A stretch of 64,000 bases of DNA from Octopus sinensis (lineage: Eukaryota), in the NCBI RefSeq assembly GCF_006345805.1, contig NC_043010.1, positions 43,896,001 through 43,960,000 of the forward strand. The letters are read 5' to 3'. Below are positions 11,530-23,990 of this stretch, in pieces. Position numbers and translations under genes: made by a program. The notes under the pieces are model-generated. The model was given only the letters and a program-made list of their open reading frames with translations. It did not search any database and was not told where the DNA came from. The stretch's first letter is position 1. Each line of letters starts with the position of its first letter.

Positions 11530-13680
11530 GTACCTTGAAGTAATGTATAATCTGAGTGTTTGAAGTAGAGACTGTAGTAGAGACTTAGAGCTTGCTTCTG
11601 CAACAAACTATACTCTTCTCATGATCTGGTGGTCTTTCGTTTTTAGTGTTTTTGTTTTTGTTTTGTTGTGAATGTGATCAACTTTTTATGATGTGAATTG
11701 CACTGTTTTTTGTTCTTTGTAGAAGTCATTTTGCTTTCTTTACAGTGCCTTCTTTTCGAATTGTAAATATTGTAGACAATCTCTTTATGTTGTCAAGTAT
11801 GATGGTTGATTATATTTGATGTTTTCTCATGTTAATGTGATAGGAGATAGTGGTAGATGCTATATTAAATCTTGTTGTGGAGCCAGGTTTCAAAATGATT
11901 TAAGTAGAGTTGGCACAGTTCTGCAGCAGTGTCTGGAGAATGGTAGGAGAAAGTGAGTTTGGTGTCATCTCTGTAGGCGGATGTCCGTGTGTTTAGTGGA
12001 GATGTAGGGCAGTTGTGTATGTGTAGGTTAAAAATAAGTGGATGTGAGGACAGGTCCCTGTCTTACCCTATTTGGGAAATTGCAAGTTTTGGAAGTATTG
12101 TCCTTGTCCACTGCATAGGTTTGGTGACATGGCAGGTAGTTTGTTAGCCAGCATTTTGTTATTCCTTAAGGTGGTGATAGATCTTTTTATATGAGTGGAT
12201 AACAGAGAATAGAGTTGAAAGCTTTGCTGATGTTAATAGTTGTTAGAATATGTGTAGATAGTATTTTTTATTGTTGAAACCATCAGGTATTTCAATACAA
12301 GGTTTGTGAGTAGTGTAGTGGTTGACTATAGTGATCTAAAGTCGTTAGGTCAGTCTTTCTAGAATCTTTGAGTGTTTGTACAGGAGGATGATGGGCTTGC
12401 ATGATGGTACTTCTCTTGGATGAAGAATTGGGTTTTAGATTTTTTACAATATTGCCCTTCTAGATTCATTTAGTATCAGTTGTAGTTGCTGTTTAACCCC
12501 AGGTCAGCCCTGATTATGCAAATCCATGATCGAAGACATTCAATCTGTGACCATCCCATCTTTTGCCTATGTACAGGGAACAACCTTAGAAATGTGTCCA
12601 TTTCTAAGATGGTGAGGTTTGATTGAGGAAGAAATTAGCTTCTATTTTTAGTATGTTGAGCAATTATGAGGAACTCCTTTGTTAGCTCATGATATGAGTA
12701 GTTGTAAGTGTTGGTAAATGCTGTGATTCTTTCCGGCTCTAGGCACTTGAAGTATAGATTTGTGATTTCATCTAATCCTGAAACTTTTCAGTTTTTAAAT
12801 TTCCCTCCTACTTTTGTGTGTGTAACATGCATATTTTTCATATTGTGATTTAATTTTCTTTTGGTGTCTGTTTTTGGTGGCTAATGTTCAAGAAATGTCT
12901 GAGAATGGTGTTAGTTAAGTGTTTCAGTATGAGTATATTGAGATTATTGTTATGACATGGGGTGTGGTGTGATAATGGTTGTTGTTGATAATTATTCTGT
13001 GTGGTATTTTATTCTTAGTTTTATGGTTTTGTCTTAGATACAAAAATATGCCAGTTTTCTGCCTTTCTACAGATTAATTTTTTATTTCCTTGCTTAGCAC
13101 TGTTTGATGTTGAGTTTATTCAATTGTGTATTGTTTTTATGTAACAGGTTGTCATTTTTGGTGTGTAATTGGCATATTTTTATATGTTGTCTCAGTGGGA
13201 TATGGTTTTTAATTTGTCTTTTATTATTTAGTTAAATACATTGTTATGTCTATGTTGGTAATTTTGGTATTGTTGAAATTTGGAAACCTAGATTTTGTTT
13301 TGTTGAATTCCATGGTACTTTCTTGAAACTAAGTGTTTTTGCTTTCTTCATGGATGTGTGAGTGTATTGTGATAATATTTAATAGGCTGTCTCTAAAAAA
13401 AAACTTGGAAAATTGTTTAAGTGGTTGTGATGGATAGGAGTATGGAGAAGAGTTGTAGTTGAATTGGTTGATGTATGCACATGCATTGGTTGTGCACTTT
13501 TTAGGATATAAAGGAAATTTAATTGTTACTTCTTTTGTTATCTCTACAATTGGAAAACCAGGATGTATTAAGTGCATTGACATCTCCCCTAGTGATAGTA
13601 TTTTTGAGTATATTGAAGTGTTGTAGTTAAGGTCTATCTGAATGACTGTAAGATACGTGTATGTGTGTGTATTCATATTA
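11530..13680 (-). mobile_element. Decayed non-LTR retrotransposon (AP endonuclease + RT remnants)
   Basis: Minus-strand hand translation gives KAFNSI...NRVRQGPVL (RT) near 12050-12230 and ILSLGDVNALNTSWFS (APE) near 13550-13600. Confidence 0.6.
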
Positions 13681-15256
13681 CTAGTTTTAACGTATTCATA
13701 TTGTTAGTTTCGATTTTGAATGCCTGTATTGTATATCACTTCCTATTTATGAATATCATTTGTGATATCTACATATTGAATGCAAGTTTTTGTACAATAA
13801 GGCCACTCTCATTCTATAAGGGTTTGTCTTGTCTGACTTAAATAGAATTTGAAATGGTGAGTATGTTCTCTGGAAGTAAGACTTTTACTTTTACATCCAT
13901 TTTTCCATGCTATCATGGCTTACACAAGATTTAGTGAGGATTTTTCTCCAGTCTTGGATGCTTTTCTTGTGATCAATCTTTACTTCTTTTTCAAATAATG
14001 TAATCTTTCATTGCACTGCTTTTCACACATCAGAATAAAATGAGCTATGGGACTTTTGTTTACTGTAGTATATAAACAATATCAACTGTTTTACTTTCAC
14101 TATCTCAATGAAAACAAGTAGAATCAACATTCACACATGCACACTAATGTATATGTATGTAGTATGTATGGATTGCACATATATATGATGTGCTTCTTCA
14201 CTTTCTGGGTACCAATTTCATTCACAAGGTTATAGTTGAAGAAAGTGTACTTTCCATCAAAAGTGATGCATTTGTGCCATTACGGAAACCATCTTTTGAA
14301 TCCTGTTTTAATAAATTCAGGTGTGCACTATTGTATCCCTTCCTTCACTGTGAATTTCACCTTATCTTTGTTATCAAATTATTCTCCCTGAATATTGTCC
14401 TTCATTGAACTGAGCAAGTGGAAGTGAGAGGACACTAAATCAGAATTGTAGAGTGAATGGGGGAACCACTGACATACCTAATTTACTGATTGCCTGATTT
14501 GTTGCCAAGGATGTATGTGGTTACGCATTATCATGGTGAATGGGAATCATTTTCAAATTCTTATTTAGTTTTCTCTCTAACGGTTACTTCAAACTTTTTT
14601 ACTGTCTCAGTGTACTACTCACTGTTCATGGTATAACTATATTCCAGAAAATCAAGGAGAATGGTGCTTTTGTCATACCAAACTACAATCAACATTAATT
14701 TCTCTGCCCATTTGTGGCTCTAGAACTTATTAAGCCTTGGAGGTGTGATGCCATTCTATGGACAGAGTCTTTGTTTCCAAATCAGAAAGATATACCCACA
14801 TTTCATCTACTGTTACCCAACTGGAAAGAAATGTGTCTTCACACTTCCATCATTCTCCCCTTCAGATCAAGTTTCAATTGCCAAGGTATCCGCTTAGCAT
14901 GCATATACCAGTACCCAAAATCTTCTGCCATCCTCTGTTATGCTTCATCACCAAAGTCCAGTTGAGCAACAAGATAACACATTGTAACTTGTCTGTCACT
15001 GGCAGTTCAAGTCAGATATCACAATTGATGGGCTCCAACTGTATGATTTGTCTTCAATGTTTTTTAATTCTTTCTTCTTTAAACTTTTTCATCCATCTGT
15101 GCCTATTCCTCTTATCAATAATACCATATCCATAAACAAGCAGTATCTTTCTGAGAATCTTAGACAGCTTACTTCTGTTTGGAACAAATTATTTGCTTGC
15201 ATTGAAGAAGCATGGGAAGAGTTACTTTACCAATTGGAAAGAATTATAAATATATA

Positions 15257-15444
15257 TATCTGTAATATAATATGTGACAATTATTCGGTTGTCATTATAA
15301 TACTCCGAGTTTCGGATGTTGGGGCAGAAAACTGTTCCAGCATCTCGTCAGTTATCGAAAATGCCTTTTCTGATTGCCCCAACATCCGAAACTCGGAGTA
15401 TTATAATGGCAACCAAATAATTGTCATATATTATATTACAGATA
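15257..15444. repeat. 70-bp inverted repeat with 48-nt spacer (MITE-like fold-back)
   Basis: 15257-15326 vs reverse complement of 15375-15444: 3 differences only. Confidence 0.85.
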
Positions 15445-16329
15445 AATTCCTCTATTTACATAATATTGAGGTTTCATTCATTCTTTTGTTGTCTTACCAT
15501 TACTATTAATATATATATATATTTATTAACATATCACATTATCATTTTACGACCACTTTCCATACTGGTATGCATTGCATGAATTGTCACACTATTGGTC
15601 ATCTGTTATAGAAGTCCTTCTCCCCTAGTCTGATGCCCATATGTTTCAATTAACTTTGTTTTAGTACAACTTGGATGCCCTTTCTATTATCAACCACTTT
15701 ACTGAGTATAACGGGTGCATTTTCTGATGCCATTAACACTAACGAGATTAAATAATCTTTGAGACCTCATGAAATTAGTTGAAGGAACAAGAGTATAAGT
15801 GAAGAGAGTACTTAAAAACTCAGATAGTCAAAGAGGACATTAGTGGGAAGAGAGAGAGAGAGAGAGAAAGAGCAATGGCATTTGTTGGGCTAGAAAGCAT
15901 AGCTGGGAGGAACAGGAATATGATGTAAGCAGTAGGTTTCTTTGAGGTTTAGTCAAGAAGGGGTGATTGGCAATAACAGAAGTGAACAAAGGTAAGGGTG
16001 GATGGTGCAATAAAGGTAAGAGCAGGTGATGGGTGGCAACAGATTTGCCCTAGAGGAGAGTGACTGCTGACTGATATTATAAAAGGGTGAAATTATAGTG
16101 TATTGAATGGAGGAATCTGGATGGTTGGATGCAGAATCTTTTACATATGTTTGTGAAGAACAAAGGAATCAAACTGATGAGGATGATGAAGTGAAAACAG
16201 GTGGTGGGGAGATGAGAGAATGTGTGTTATGGGTGCCAAGAGTAAGTAGTAGGTAAAAGAGAGGTGGGGGAGAAGTGTAAAGTGAGGGGAAAACAGATTC
16301 TAGTTTTATTAAGATATGCAGCATCTTCA

Positions 16330-17340
16330 GATCAGTTTACACCATGTTGTCCTGAGTCTTTCTTGGTCTCCCTCTTCCACAGATTCAATTTACTTTGAGT
16401 GCTCAGCACTCATACTATACATTCTGAACACCCATCACCTCTAATTCTGTCACTGTAGTAGCAGAAACTATCAACTACTTTAGTGAACCACTGGGCATAT
16501 TAGGATCTAAAATCATTACACTCTTCAAACATATTGCTTCTGTGCATCTATCACATATAAAGCTTCCTTTCATTCTTAGCCTGCCTGATTCCACTACACC
16601 TTTTATGTGTCCCTATCTTATACTGGGTATAGCATATTATGCAAGGCTAGTTGCTTCTTTTTTTTTTTTATATATCAGGATCCTATCTTCTTTCTACTTA
16701 CATCTTAGTCTGCTAAATTTTTCTTGAGTCCCCTCAATTCTAGGTTTTGCTCCCATGTCTAGAATTATTTTTTTCTGATTCTTCTATAGATTCAGCTATG
16801 AGTACCAGAGCATAAGTGTAAAGGAGTTCCCAAAGACATCTGATATTTTGATAAACCCCTACCTTCATGCTAAATTCATTGAATTTAGTGTGAAGGCAGG
16901 GATTCATTGTTGATTCCTGTGATACTAACTGCATATATGTACATAGCTGAGTTTTGTACCCTATCAAAGACTCTCTCCAAGTCTAAATTCTTGGTAAAGT
17001 GGTTTACTCTAAGAAAAGTACTTTTGCTTTTCATCTGAGCTAATTCTATCTTTAATCAACTGTGCAATGTCTCTCTCTTCAAGACCTTCATATGTAGGTC
17101 CAACAACTTCATACCTCTATAATTTCCTCGCTGTAAAACATTTCCTTGTAGCTGTTTATAATGATACAGCGCCATCATTGGGTATGACACCTTACTATAT
17201 TACTTGATTAACTATTTGGATGAGTCTCTTGGATCCTACCTTGCCAGATATTTTGAGCATCTCAGTGATTATTCCTGGTGGGGCAGCATTTTTCCCCATC
17301 TTCATGTCAGCCACTGATATGCTTCAGTCATGTTAGACTT
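16330..17340 (-). mobile_element. Decayed RTE LINE fragments
   Basis: Nucleotide similarity to 4200-4930 (e.g. catcattgggtatgac, gatattttgagcatctc). Confidence 0.7.
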
Positions 17341-18821
17341 TGTTAGTATAACATTGTCTATGCAAACCTGCTTTACTCAGTCTTAGTATTTTTGAAAACA
17401 CCGGTTTTATTGATTATTTATTATCTTAATTATTTTCCCTATTTATCTAGGCATTGATTGCAAAAAGGATTATTTTCTCCTTGGTTTCATCATATTCAGT
17501 TTGAGATAATGATAGTTTTTTTTTTTCCCAATTTGAAACTGTTACCAAAACTTTTTCCAGTTGTACATGTGTATCAATTCTCTAGTTGCTTTATAATACC
17601 ACTAACATCTTCCTTTTTTTTTTTCTTTTTATATAGAATCTGTTATTTAGATATAATTTTTTTTTTATGTATATACTTCAGCATGACTATACAAGTGCAA
17701 AAGATAAGAAAAATTTGGAGAGAATCTTATACTTTCCAATCTTACTACTTCACTTCCTTCCCTTATGTATTTATCCCTTATGTATTTAAGTTTATTCAAG
17801 GAGCAGCTCTTTTTCAAGTCTGTTTCAATTGATGCATACACAGCAGTGTGTGATATGTGTCATTTAAATATTCACAAAACTGAATGGTTTTATTTAGTGA
17901 TTAATGAACAGTGAAAAACATTGCATACATTGGATCACAATTTTTATTCTTTTATTAGTTTTAGGTATTGGACTGGGGTCATGCTTTTCTGCCATGTTCA
18001 AAGGTTTTAGTGTATCATATTGACTTCAGTAACTATTTTAGTCTGATACTTATTTTAGTGATTGTTTTTTTTTTTTATTGAATGGTTGAGGAATGCAACT
18101 CAAGACACCAGTATACACAGACATACACATTCTCACACACAACCAAACTTATATACCTGCAAGAGGTTGCATACAGTTTCTGTTTGCCTAATTCTACTTA
18201 CAAGGTGCCACACCATGGGACCAAATTCAGAACTACATGGCTACGATTCAAACTTCTTTCCCTCATGGCTATGCCATGATGTTGACAGAATTTAAATATC
18301 TTAGAAGTTAGATGACATTAAAAAGTATAGAAGTGATTTTTATAACATTTCTTAACATTCCTTAGTAATTGCAGAAAAATAGTTTCAAATCATACAGCTA
18401 ATTACTTCCTTTTCATTAGTTAGTTTTTAAGTTTATAACGCATGCAGGTTTTGGCTGATCTGCTTTCTTGGCAGCTCTAGAAACTAACTTGAAGATTCTT
18501 GAAGATTGATGTTAACAGGTGGGAATCTTAAGATTTCTTCAATGTATATTAATTTGTCATTTTTCAAGCTTAATGTGCACCATATGCAGAGTATACAGGA
18601 AGATATGCACAACAATTTTTTTTTTTTTGCATTGGGAAAGGAAAGTGGTGACCCTTCCAATTTTTTAATTTCATGTATATAGTCTACAATTTTTACATAT
18701 TCTTTGTTTTTCCACCTGTTAATTACATACACACATGCATATAGTGTGGTTTTTGTGTATGTGTTCATATGTGCGGTGTTAAATCACTAAAGTTTTACAA
18801 TTTCTACTTGGCTTACTGCAG

Positions 18822-18845
18822 CACGTGCTTACGGACGAAGAAGAG
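18822..18845 (+). CDS. orb2: CPEB 24-nt microexon (phase 1-1): (A)RAYGRRR(G), counterpart of the vertebrate CPEB4 neuronal microexon
   Basis: ttactgcAG|CA CGT GCT TAC GGA CGA AGA AGA G|GTATTT. Branch-point-like CACTAA at ~18785. Frame-preserving between exons ending 10886 and starting 31326. Peptide matches recalled ARTYGRRR at 7/8 positions. Confidence 0.9.
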
Positions 18846-20799
18846 GTATTTTCACAATTTTTTCACACATTCCTTTTATATTCTTATTTATATCCCTACC
18901 ATTCTAGAGCCCTGTTTTGGTTATCTGTCCCTTCAGCTCCTTTGCTTTCACACTGGTTGTTTTTCTGTTTTCATTCTAAATATGAATTTAAAAAATGTTG
19001 TAGTATTTTTGTTATCCAATTTCTCTTTCTTTCTCTTTCCTCCTCTCTCTTTCCTCCACTCTATTATTTCTGGATTTTTGTTGGTTCATGTTTGTTGTTA
19101 ATATTTTACGCATGACTTTGGAAGTTTTCTGTTCTTTGCTAGATCTGGCTGGGAAAGAATTATTCGAGCGATAAAGTACTTCAATTCATATCTGGAGAAA
19201 GATCTATTTAATATTTCCCTTGGAAAGGATTGAAAGCATTTAAATCTTAGATACATCAGTTATTGAAATCTTTCACCTGACAGTTTGGCATTGATTTTCC
19301 TATTTGTCTTTTGCTAAGGTTCTATTTAAATTCTCTTGGTCATCATTAAATGAAACTTAGGTAAAATTACCTTAATGTTGATCAGTTTTGTTTCTTACGT
19401 TAAGTTAATGATGATAATATTGACACTAAAGTAATAGTCTCAGAGATAAAGATTGGCTGGTTGTCTTTTGTCATATTTTACAAAATTCTTGAGGTGTTGA
19501 AGTCCTTGTTCATCTCTTTCAAGCAATCTTGTTTCATTTGATCTCCAGTCATATATCAAATACCTGTGAAATAAGGAGGTTTTCCTTCTGCCTTATTTGG
19601 GCCTTTCTTTCTAAAAGGTCAATTATTTTAAGTTTTAGTCAACCTAATAAGTGTTATAAAGAGGTACAATTCACCTCCATGAACAGTTGATGTGTGTTTC
19701 ATTAACTTGTTGTGCAAGCAGAAATCTTCTCAAAGGAAATTGATATTGCTCTTATCTTATTGCTAGAGCTAATCCTATGTTGATGGATACCTATCATCAG
19801 AAAGTGTCAGGTATTATCTCTGTCTCAGTTACATGAGAAGTGATGTATTACTTGGGTAATTCACCATCTTTATATTAACTATATTGTTATTGAGAGAGTG
19901 ACTAGTGACAACAGTGTATGTCGTTTTACACTTACAATTGCTGAACACTGATGTTGAAATCTGTTTTATTTTTCTATTCTGCTTTGACATTGTTTGATTT
20001 TAGTGTTCATATTTAAGAATATGCTAAAACATAGAATGTGAAGTTTAGTTTTCTTCTCTTTTCTTTTTTTAAAGAGATTAGTATTAAAAGGGAACACCTA
20101 GCTGTATATTTCTTGTATTTTCAGCCCAAAGTTAACCAAGTTAAAGTAAAAATAATTCAATTATTTAAAAAAAAAGAAGACTAGAGATTAGCAAATGAAG
20201 GAGAGATGCCACAGATTTTCTTTATATGTATATATAGTTTGAGGTTGCAGTGGCCTTGGAGATGAGATTTTAATGTTTATTTAAATTCTCTTGGTCATCA
20301 TTAAATGAAACTTAGTAGTTCTTGAGTTGCTGAATTTACAGTTGACTTCAGGTCTTTTGCCATATTTTAGACAAGATAGTTAACTCTGTTTTAATTTAGC
20401 TTGTTTGCAAATAGATGTTAGCCACATAAAATGTTAACTGGCTATTACTCGTAACATTCTATCCAGAGATATATTTGTCCCTTGTCTACCTAAATATTTA
20501 GTGTTTTGAGTTATTTGCATAAGTGTTTTTGAGAACCATTGGGTTGATTACACTGTACTGAAACTTGTCTTTAGTGTAAGAGCAAGTCAGCCAAACAGGA
20601 ACCATTCTTCTTTAAGTTTTTTATTGCATGAATCCTAAATGTGTAAGAATGAAGCATACAGTAGGAGGAATAAAATTCATGTTGTCATGTCCCTAACTTT
20701 TTCAAAGTTATTAATCTTACAAATGAAACTGGGTCATGTAATGTGCAAATTGCTTGTATTCTCTCTGTCCCTCTCTCTTTTTCTCTCTCTTTATATATA

Positions 20800-20887
<88 letters not shown>

Positions 20888-22599
20888 CATACACATATAT
20901 GCTGTATTTTTTCTTGTCTTCCAAAGTTAACAATACATATTGATCACTAAGAAATTTAATACACAAACACATGTCCTTTATAGGCTCAACAAACAATTAA
21001 TAGACTGCACAGAATTAAATTCAGTATGATCGATTATAGTTAGTCCTTTGGAACTATTGATAAAATCTTGATAAACTGAGTCTGTAATTTGGTTTTGATT
21101 CTCAACTGAGACTGTTTCAATGACATTCTTAATCTCTTAGGAATTAATGTTACAATTCTATTCCAAGTGATAAGTATCATTGATTAATATTTATGATTTT
21201 GATTGTGTTTATGAACAAAACTTTTTTTTATGGTTACATACACTCTTTTTTGGAACTTAATCAGAAATGTTATATTTGAGTGTTGTCTAACTAATTAAAA
21301 TGTGTTCTTAAAATAGTTTACAGTAAATCTTGCACTACCCATAGTCTAGCAAGCATTATGAGCCTTACTCCACTCCTACAGGCATTAGTTAACCTGTTCT
21401 GTTGCAAAGAAAAAGTGGTCATGGTACATTTGGTGTCTTGTTTGAAATATAATGGATACAAAACTACTACTTTTTAAGAACAAGAATTAAGCTATGGTTA
21501 GCATGTTTAATGCAGGTAACATTAAAAACTAAATAGAAATAATTATGTACTGAAGAATAAACAATATTAATCACTAACTGATATTATTTTAATTATTTCA
21601 CTAAGCACAGGTTTAGACATCTATAATTCAGTTTTATTATGACCTCATCAGCAAAGCATATATTTCAGGCATATGCCATCAGTAATTACTCATAGTAGGC
21701 AGTTGGTGACCTTTATGTAGCAAAACACAAAAAAATAAGCGAAACACAGGCATGCGACTGAGTTGAAAGCAGATCTATTTCTGCCTTTAAATCATGTAAA
21801 GAAAATGGTGTTGTAGAAATGTATGCAGCAGTACTATGCGTAGCTTAAATGCTAAGATTGAAAAGCAGGGGTGAATTATGCCTACCTAATCTACAAAAAA
21901 ATAGAACATTTTGCATTTTATGCATAATAATCAGACTGTCATAATTTTATTGAATTAGGTGCATATTTTGCCACGAGAAGAAAATGTTGCTATCATTCTA
22001 TTTTATTCAAGGTAGGCACTGCTACCTAGATGGCCTGTCCTTGATATATTTTATTGTATTTGCTGACTGATGTACTAAGAATCACTTTGTAAATTGTCAA
22101 CTGTTTGGTTTAGAAAAGTAGAAATCTTTACAGAACAAATTACTCAGAGACACTATGTTTGTATTCTGTGAAAACAAGACCATCAGCTTTAGGTGTTTAA
22201 CTTCTAAAACTCTCAAAAAAACCTGCCACACTGCAGCTATCATTTAGTACCTTCTAGATAATGTACATATATTTGCTTTCCTGATTTCCTGCTCTGTTTG
22301 TGAAAAATATTTTTAGTTTGAAAAATTAGTATTTCATCATTTTGTATATGAATCACCAAAATTTGAACAAAGTAAATTTAGCACAATAATTATGATTTTA
22401 CTCTTTTTAAATTTCATGATGCTCATAAAAATTGTGAAATTAATACTAATTTTTGAAATATAAAAATTTTTTTAAATAAAATTACATAAAACGAATGTCC
22501 ATTTTGTATATTTGCAATAAATATGTCTTTAACAGTGATAATACTTTTTAACTATCAATGAATTACAAACCGAACATCAATAGTCAATTGGAGTTAGGA

Positions 22600-22960
22600 C
22601 AATGGCTTCTGTAAGCTGTTACCACTACTACTGCCACAGATATTACTATTACCTCCTCTGCTATTGGTGCTACCTTATGTTGCTACCACTTCTACTACTG
22701 CTCATAATACTATTGCTGCTCCTCTCACTACTTATAATATCACTATGGTTGCTAATACTTCTGTTGCTACTACTGTTGCTACTACTGTTGCTACAACTGC
22801 CACTGCTTTGACAGCCACAGCTGCTGTTGATACTGTCACTGTTACTATATTCACTAAGACAGTTGTGTTGCAGCTGCTACTACTTCCTTATCTGCCACTG
22901 CCCCTCCTGTTGTTGCTGCTGCTACTATCATTGCTACTATATTGCATCTGTCCTAATCTA
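22600..22960. repeat. Degenerate trinucleotide repeat (ACT/GCT/GTT)
   Basis: Runs such as actactgttgctactactgttgct; yields poly-L/T/C pseudo-ORFs. Confidence 0.8.
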
Positions 22961-23559
22961 CCACCTGACTGTCATCATGCCTGGAGGAGATGCATTCCAT
23001 TTGTCAGCTGGTCTATCAACAGCAAACGTACACTGAGGTTGTGGCATCTGCAGATTCCTGGACACTGATTAGATGTGGATCTTTTTATAAGGCACATCAT
23101 TCTACAATTCATCTCTTTGACAGAACTGCAGTCCTGAACCCATGTTAAGAACTCATTGAGCAATGCAGACATTGGAAACTTCATATCAGTTATATATTAA
23201 GGATAGGTGATAGTGTTCTCCAGGAAGAATGAACTGATTAGTCTGATCCAGAAAAGACTATGGATAACTCCCAGAAATCCTTGTCTTGGTAGTTTTGGAT
23301 AAAGAGACACTACCAGACATGGAAATGTTGTTAGTCAAGCCTGTCTAAGATGCATACAAAGTTAAAAAACTGTTCCTCATGCTCTCTTTCAGTGTCCAGG
23401 TATTATTAACCAGTCAAGATCTTTGGTTGGTTTAATCAACTTACCCTGCCTCCCCAAATTTTGGGCCTTGTGCCTGAATTAAGAAAGACTCCTCTTCCTA
23501 ATCTTTTTTCTCATTTTCCTCTTCCTCCTCCTCTTCATTGTCATCATCATCATTCTAAA

Positions 23560-23990
23560 TACTGGCAAAATCGTTACTGTGCTGGACAAAATGCCTAGCA
23601 GCATTTCTTTCAGTTTAGTGTTCTGAATTCATGTCGACTTTGCTTTTCATCCTTTCAGGGTCAGCGAAATAATTACCAGTTAAGTACTGAAATGAATGTA
23701 ATTAACTAACCCCCCTCATCATCATCATCAAAATTCAGACCCTGTGCCTAGAACAGAAGGATTATTATTAAAAGGGCAGTGGATTGGCAGAATTATTAGA
23801 TTTTTTTAATAAAATGTTTTGCAGTATTTCTTTCAGCTCTTTACATTCTAAATTCAAATCCCACTGAAGTCAACTTTGGCTTTCATCTCTCTAGGTTTGA
23901 TAAATATAGTACCAGTACAGAGCTGGAGTTAATGATATCAATTAACCCCATTTTCTCAAAATTTTTAGCATTGTGCCTAAATTCGAATCA
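23560..23990 (+). mobile_element. Two tandem degraded SINE copies (family of 36240-36470)
   Basis: Both contain variants of ACTTTGCCTTTCATCCTTTC.GGGTC...AGTACCAGT. Confidence 0.6.

Noticed and set aside
13800-13862. Strong donor-like ATG|GTGAGT in the large intron
   Set aside because: Each nearby upstream AG gives either an in-frame stop or an incompatible phase.
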